64,000 nt of DNA. Source: Candidatus Omnitrophota bacterium (lineage in GTDB: Bacteria; Omnitrophota; Gorgyraeia; Zapsychrales; Fredricksoniimonadaceae). The position numbers and the translations under genes are program-made. The notes below the pieces were generated by a model, which saw only the letters and a list, made by a program, of their open reading frames with translations, ran no database searches and was not told the DNA's origin. How positions within the stretch are numbered: position 1 is the first letter of the stretch; the number at the start of each line of letters is the position of its first letter. Below are positions 60,326 to 64,000 of this stretch, piece after piece. The DNA is taken from NCBI GenBank assembly GCA_015233165.1, contig JADFYF010000002.1, positions 14,517 to 78,516 of the forward strand, written 5' to 3'.

Positions 60326-61093
60326 ATGATTCAAAAAAGAAGTTCCTCTTTAAAACCAACAACCTTTGGCTATGGGTGGATTCCTGATATTCCTGATACG
60401 AGAGATTTGTATTACAGTGCCATTCGTCCAAAATTAAAGTTTCCTCCTTCTGTGGATTTACGATCGACTTGTTCTGCTGTTGAGAATCAGGGGCAGTTAG
60501 GCAGTTGTACGGCTAATGCTTTGGCTGGTAATTTGGAATTCTTGGATAAGAAGAATGATGGCATTTACACCGACGTGAGTCGGCTTTTTATTTATTTTAA
60601 TGAACGTGTTCTTGATGGTCATGAAGACTCTGATTCCGGAGCTTCGCTACGTAATGGAGTTAAGACCTTAGTTAAGATCGGTGTCTGTTTAGAAAAGAGT
60701 TGGCCGTATCAGATAAGCAAATTTTCTGATAAACCGACGACAGTTTGTTATAACGAAGCCAAGAAACATCGGATTGTTTCTTATCATAGGATTTTGAGTA
60801 TCAATGAAATGTTCGATTGTCTGTCACAAGGATTTCCATTTGTATTCGGTTTTACTGTCTATGAAAGTTTTGAATCTCCATTAATGGCTAAAACAGGCAA
60901 AGCGCAAATGCCCAATAAGGGCGAACGTGCCTTAGGAGGACATGCCGTGTTGGCCGTTGGGTATAATCAGAAAGACAAACGATTTTTAGTGCGTAATTCC
61001 TGGGGCGAAGGATGGGGCCTGGGCGGATATTTCACCATGCCTTTTGAATATGTAGAAACCTTGGCTAACGATTTCTGGACGATAAGGAAATAA
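60326..61093 (+). CDS. Papain-family (C1A) cysteine peptidase
   Basis: YGWIPD, QGQLGSCTANA (Cys), GGHAV (His), RNSWG (Asn). Confidence 0.92.
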   Translation: MIQKRSSSLKPTTFGYGWIPDIPDTRDLYYSAIRPKLKFPPSVDLRSTCSAVENQGQLGSCTANALAGNLEFLDKKNDGIYTDVSRLFIYFNERVLDGHEDSDSGASLRNGVKTLVKIGVCLEKSWPYQISKFSDKPTTVCYNEAKKHRIVSYHRILSINEMFDCLSQGFPFVFGFTVYESFESPLMAKTGKAQMPNKGERALGGHAVLAVGYNQKDKRFLVRNSWGEGWGLGGYFTMPFEYVETLANDFWTIRK

Positions 61094-62007
61094 TGAAAAA
61101 AGTATTCATTGCTACAACAACATTTGCAGAAGATGATCCGTCTTTACTCAAAACCTTGGTTAAGGCGAAGATATCGCCGACGATGAATCCCTATGGTCGG
61201 CGTCTGAGTGAGATAGAAATCACAGATATTTTAGTGAAAGGTCAATATGACGGACTGCTGGCCGGACTTGAACCATTGACAGAAGTAGTGCTGACGCAGG
61301 CGAAGAGTTTGAAGGTGATTTCACGCGTTGGTGTGGGAATGGATAATATCGATCAGGTGGCTGCTAAGAAACTGGGGATTAAGGTCTTCAATACGCCAGG
61401 TGTTTTGACGGATGCGGTGGCCGAGTTAACTCTTGGGCTTATCCTGGCAGCGTTGCGTAAGATATCACTCTTGGATCGCAAGATGCGCGCTGGAGTGTGG
61501 GATAAGCAAATGGGAGCTCTACTCAAAGGAAAGACCGTCGGTATTGTGGGTTTTGGACATATTGGAACACGGGTTGCTGATTTAGTGTTGGCCTTTGGGG
61601 CTAAGGTTATTTTTACAGATGTGCGTAAGCTTAAAAAAGCGAAAGCCAAACAAGTTAGCTTAGCTCAGTTAATTAAGTTAGCAGATATCATCTCGTTGCA
61701 CTGTTCTGGCAAGGAAGCTTTAATTGGAGAAAAAGAAATTCAAGCAGCGAGGACAAATGTCATTATCATCAATACGGCCAGAGGTTCACTGATTGATGAG
61801 AAGCTGCTTCTGGAAGGTTTATCGTCGGGCAAGATTGCTTGTGCGGGTTTGGATGTTTTTTCAGAAGAGCCCTATAAGGGAGAGCTTTTGAAACAGGACA
61901 ATGTGATTCTGACACCGCATGTTGGTTCTTATGCTAAGGAAGCGCGGATTTTGATGGAGGCAATGGCGGTAGAGAATTTGATTCAGGGATTAAAGGGCAG
62001 GGAATAA
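61093..62007 (+). CDS. D-isomer 2-hydroxyacid dehydrogenase (phosphoglycerate dehydrogenase-like, no ACT domain)
   Basis: ISRVGVGMDNID, GFGHIG, INTARG, LDVFSEEP, LTPHVGS. Confidence 0.88.
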   Translation: MKKVFIATTTFAEDDPSLLKTLVKAKISPTMNPYGRRLSEIEITDILVKGQYDGLLAGLEPLTEVVLTQAKSLKVISRVGVGMDNIDQVAAKKLGIKVFNTPGVLTDAVAELTLGLILAALRKISLLDRKMRAGVWDKQMGALLKGKTVGIVGFGHIGTRVADLVLAFGAKVIFTDVRKLKKAKAKQVSLAQLIKLADIISLHCSGKEALIGEKEIQAARTNVIIINTARGSLIDEKLLLEGLSSGKIACAGLDVFSEEPYKGELLKQDNVILTPHVGSYAKEARILMEAMAVENLIQGLKGRE

Positions 62008-62657
62008 TGAAGGCCTTGATGTTTCTTTCGCATGTTTTAGATGAACAAACACCTACCTATGGCGGCAAGGGCAAGATATCCATTTTAAAAACTCGACAGA
62101 TGAGTAAAGGGGATCCCTGCAATGAAATGGCCTGGGCCTTTAGTGATCATGCGGGAACCCACGTCGATGCGCCAAAACATTTTATACAGAAGGGAAAAAC
62201 GATTGATCAATTCCTTCCAGAAGATTGGCTATTTAATACAGTTGAGTTGGTTGTTTTAAATGGCGTAAAAGCAGGGCAGATCATTGGGCCTGATGATATG
62301 CCGAGTCTCAATAAAGGCACAGAGTGTGTTTTGATTAAGACGGGGTATGAGCGTTTTCGTAAGACTCAAGCCTATTGGGATAATGCACCTGGTTTACACC
62401 CTGATCTGGCGGTTTGGCTTAAAAGAAGTTGTCCTAAGATTAGAGCTGTTGGAATGGATCTTATTTCTATTTCGAGTATTGGAAATCGTGAACTTGGACG
62501 TGCATCTCATCGTGAATTTCTAGGACGAGAAATCTTGCTTATTGAAGACATGAAACTTTCTGTGTTAAAGAAATCGCCGCATAAGGTATGGGTGGCACCT
62601 ATTCGTGTGAAGGATGCCGATGCTGCGCCTTGTTCTATCTTTGCGTGGAGTGTTTGA
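62007..62657 (+). CDS. Cyclase family metal hydrolase (kynurenine formamidase-like)
   Basis: HAGTHVDAPKHF, VGMD, IEDM, DAAPC. Confidence 0.85.
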   Translation: MKALMFLSHVLDEQTPTYGGKGKISILKTRQMSKGDPCNEMAWAFSDHAGTHVDAPKHFIQKGKTIDQFLPEDWLFNTVELVVLNGVKAGQIIGPDDMPSLNKGTECVLIKTGYERFRKTQAYWDNAPGLHPDLAVWLKRSCPKIRAVGMDLISISSIGNRELGRASHREFLGREILLIEDMKLSVLKKSPHKVWVAPIRVKDADAAPCSIFAWSV

Positions 62658-63304
62658 TGAAGTTAAATGAACTGGTTTCAAAATATAAAGCGTTTATTTT
62701 TGATTTTGACGGCGTGATTGTGGACAGCATAGAAATCAAGTCGGAAGCTTTTGCGCAACTTTTTGTCGATTTGGGACCTGAAGTCATGGAGAAAGTCAAG
62801 GCCTATCATCTGAGTCATGGAGGTGTTTCACGTTACGAGAAGTTTAAATATTATTATCGTACATTTCGAGGAAGAGAAATCACCGCTGAAGAAAGCGCAG
62901 ACTTGGATCAGCAGTATTCAGATTTGGTGGTTCGTAAGGTGATTGAAGCAGATGCCATTCCTGGAGTGATGGATTTTCTATCTTTGATTAAGGCAAGTGG
63001 GAAATTTTGTTGTGTGGTGTCAGCGACACCGCAGGATGAAATTCGTTATATTGTTAAAGAACGTAAGTTGTCTAGTTTTTTTGTTGAAGTGTTAGGATCT
63101 CCTCGATCAAAGAAAGAAAATGTGGGGATTATTATTGATAAAAATGGGCTTGTGGCACAGGAGACGGTTTATTTTGGCGATGCGAAGAGTGATTATGAGG
63201 CGGCGAAGGCGTATGGGGTTAGTTTTATAGGGGTTACTTATAGTTTTGATGGTGAATTGAGAGATATTGAAGGAATTAAGAAAATAAAAGATTTCTCAAA
63301 TTAA
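62657..63304 (+). CDS. HAD family phosphatase
   Basis: FDFDGVIVDS, VSATP, GSPRSK, FGDAKSD; ATG 62657 overlaps upstream TGA. Confidence 0.88.
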   Translation: MKLNELVSKYKAFIFDFDGVIVDSIEIKSEAFAQLFVDLGPEVMEKVKAYHLSHGGVSRYEKFKYYYRTFRGREITAEESADLDQQYSDLVVRKVIEADAIPGVMDFLSLIKASGKFCCVVSATPQDEIRYIVKERKLSSFFVEVLGSPRSKKENVGIIIDKNGLVAQETVYFGDAKSDYEAAKAYGVSFIGVTYSFDGELRDIEGIKKIKDFSN

Positions 63305-63322
63305 GAAAATGGATATGCAAAA

Positions 63323-64000
63323 GTGGATTCTTTAAGAAAAAGATATATTTATAAAGTATTTGGCAATGTGGTTTCTTTCGCAGCAGGAGCGGCCATTCAG
63401 ACGATTATTCCCAGAGCCTTGGGGCCTGTTCAATATGGAAATTTTAATTTCTTGACTGACTTTTTTACTCAGGTAATGAGCTTTTTAAACATGGGGACAT
63501 CGACAGCTTTTTATACAAAGTTATCAAAACGTCCTGGAGAGCACAAGCTTACAACTTTTTATATGTTATATATCATAGCTGCAATAGGATTTTCTTTCTT
63601 AATGGTTTTTTTCTTCATCGGGTTAGGTTTTCAGAGAAAGTTATGGCCGGGACAAGAAATTGAGTATGTTTATGCTTCTATTTTGTTTGCAGGTCTTGTA
63701 TGGCTTGCAGGAAGTATTAATGATATGGTCGATGCGTATGGTTTAACAGTTGCTCTTGAGAAATCTAGATTTTTTCAGAAATTGGCAGGTGTCTTACTTA
63801 TTGTATTTATGCTTTCTCAAAAAATTATCTCTATGGGAACAATCTATTTTTATAATTATCTGTTGTGTTTTTTAGCAATATTGGTGTGTTTTTATATATC
63901 TCGCCGAGGATCCTCTTTAAAAGCGTTTGAAGGTTTGACTTTCTCTGAAAGTTGTGGATATTTGAAAGAATTTTATCAATATTCTCAACCTTTCTTTTTG
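63323..64000 (+). CDS. Wzx-type oligosaccharide flippase (partial, runs off window; absent from the ORF track)
   Basis: From GTG 63323: MDSLRKRYIYKVFGNVVSF...IIPRALGPVQYGNFNFL...NMGTSTAFYTKLS, followed by hydrophobic segments. Confidence 0.75.
   Translation, partial: MDSLRKRYIYKVFGNVVSFAAGAAIQTIIPRALGPVQYGNFNFLTDFFTQVMSFLNMGTSTAFYTKLSKRPGEHKLTTFYMLYIIAAIGFSFLMVFFFIGLGFQRKLWPGQEIEYVYASILFAGLVWLAGSINDMVDAYGLTVALEKSRFFQKLAGVLLIVFMLSQKIISMGTIYFYNYLLCFLAILVCFYISRRGSSLKAFEGLTFSESCGYLKEFYQYSQPFFL

Noticed and set aside
61965-61972. ops-like GGCGGTAG near a polysaccharide locus
   Set aside because: Within a CDS (codons of MAVE), with no JUMPstart context and no RfaH-like gene in view.

Overview
64 kb of bacterial chromosome from a diderm (LptD, TonB receptor, LPS heptosyltransferase-like genes). 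Ca. Omnitrophota is my tentative guess, from recall of the family of the first protein. Almost all genes lie on the + strand and many are translationally coupled. Left to right: (1) the 3' part of a large protein whose conserved ends enclose about six unrelated ~90-160 aa modules separated by a recurring D-x-A-M motif; (2) an RHH/RelE toxin-antitoxin pair; (3) DUF1015, accD, a MalK-type ATPase, two diguanylate cyclases, a histidine kinase, a ROK kinase and lptD; (4) a ~27 kb LPS/O-antigen locus with a carbamoyltransferase sxtIJK-like module, miniature TPP enzyme subunits, a B12 radical SAM enzyme, heptose kinase/guanylyltransferase, a His-type PLP dehydratase, glycosyltransferases and O-antigen ligase; (5) a frameshifted ugtP-like gene, degenerate priA, a DUF433/PIN TA pair, fmt, two galT paralogs and a kinetoplastid-like GAPDH; (6) a cobalamin riboswitch with btuB, and metF; (7) membrane glycosylation/acylation genes and the start of a second MarR-headed polysaccharide locus. 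At least four families of short palindromic elements are present; some are translated in frame, some supply stop codons, and two lie inside the riboswitch leader. I saw no rRNA, tRNA, CRISPR array or transposase. Top candidates for novelty: the D-x-A-M cassette polyprotein and the GAA/GAA-GAAA hairpin family embedded in the B12 riboswitch. All family calls are by eye from motifs; no searches were run.
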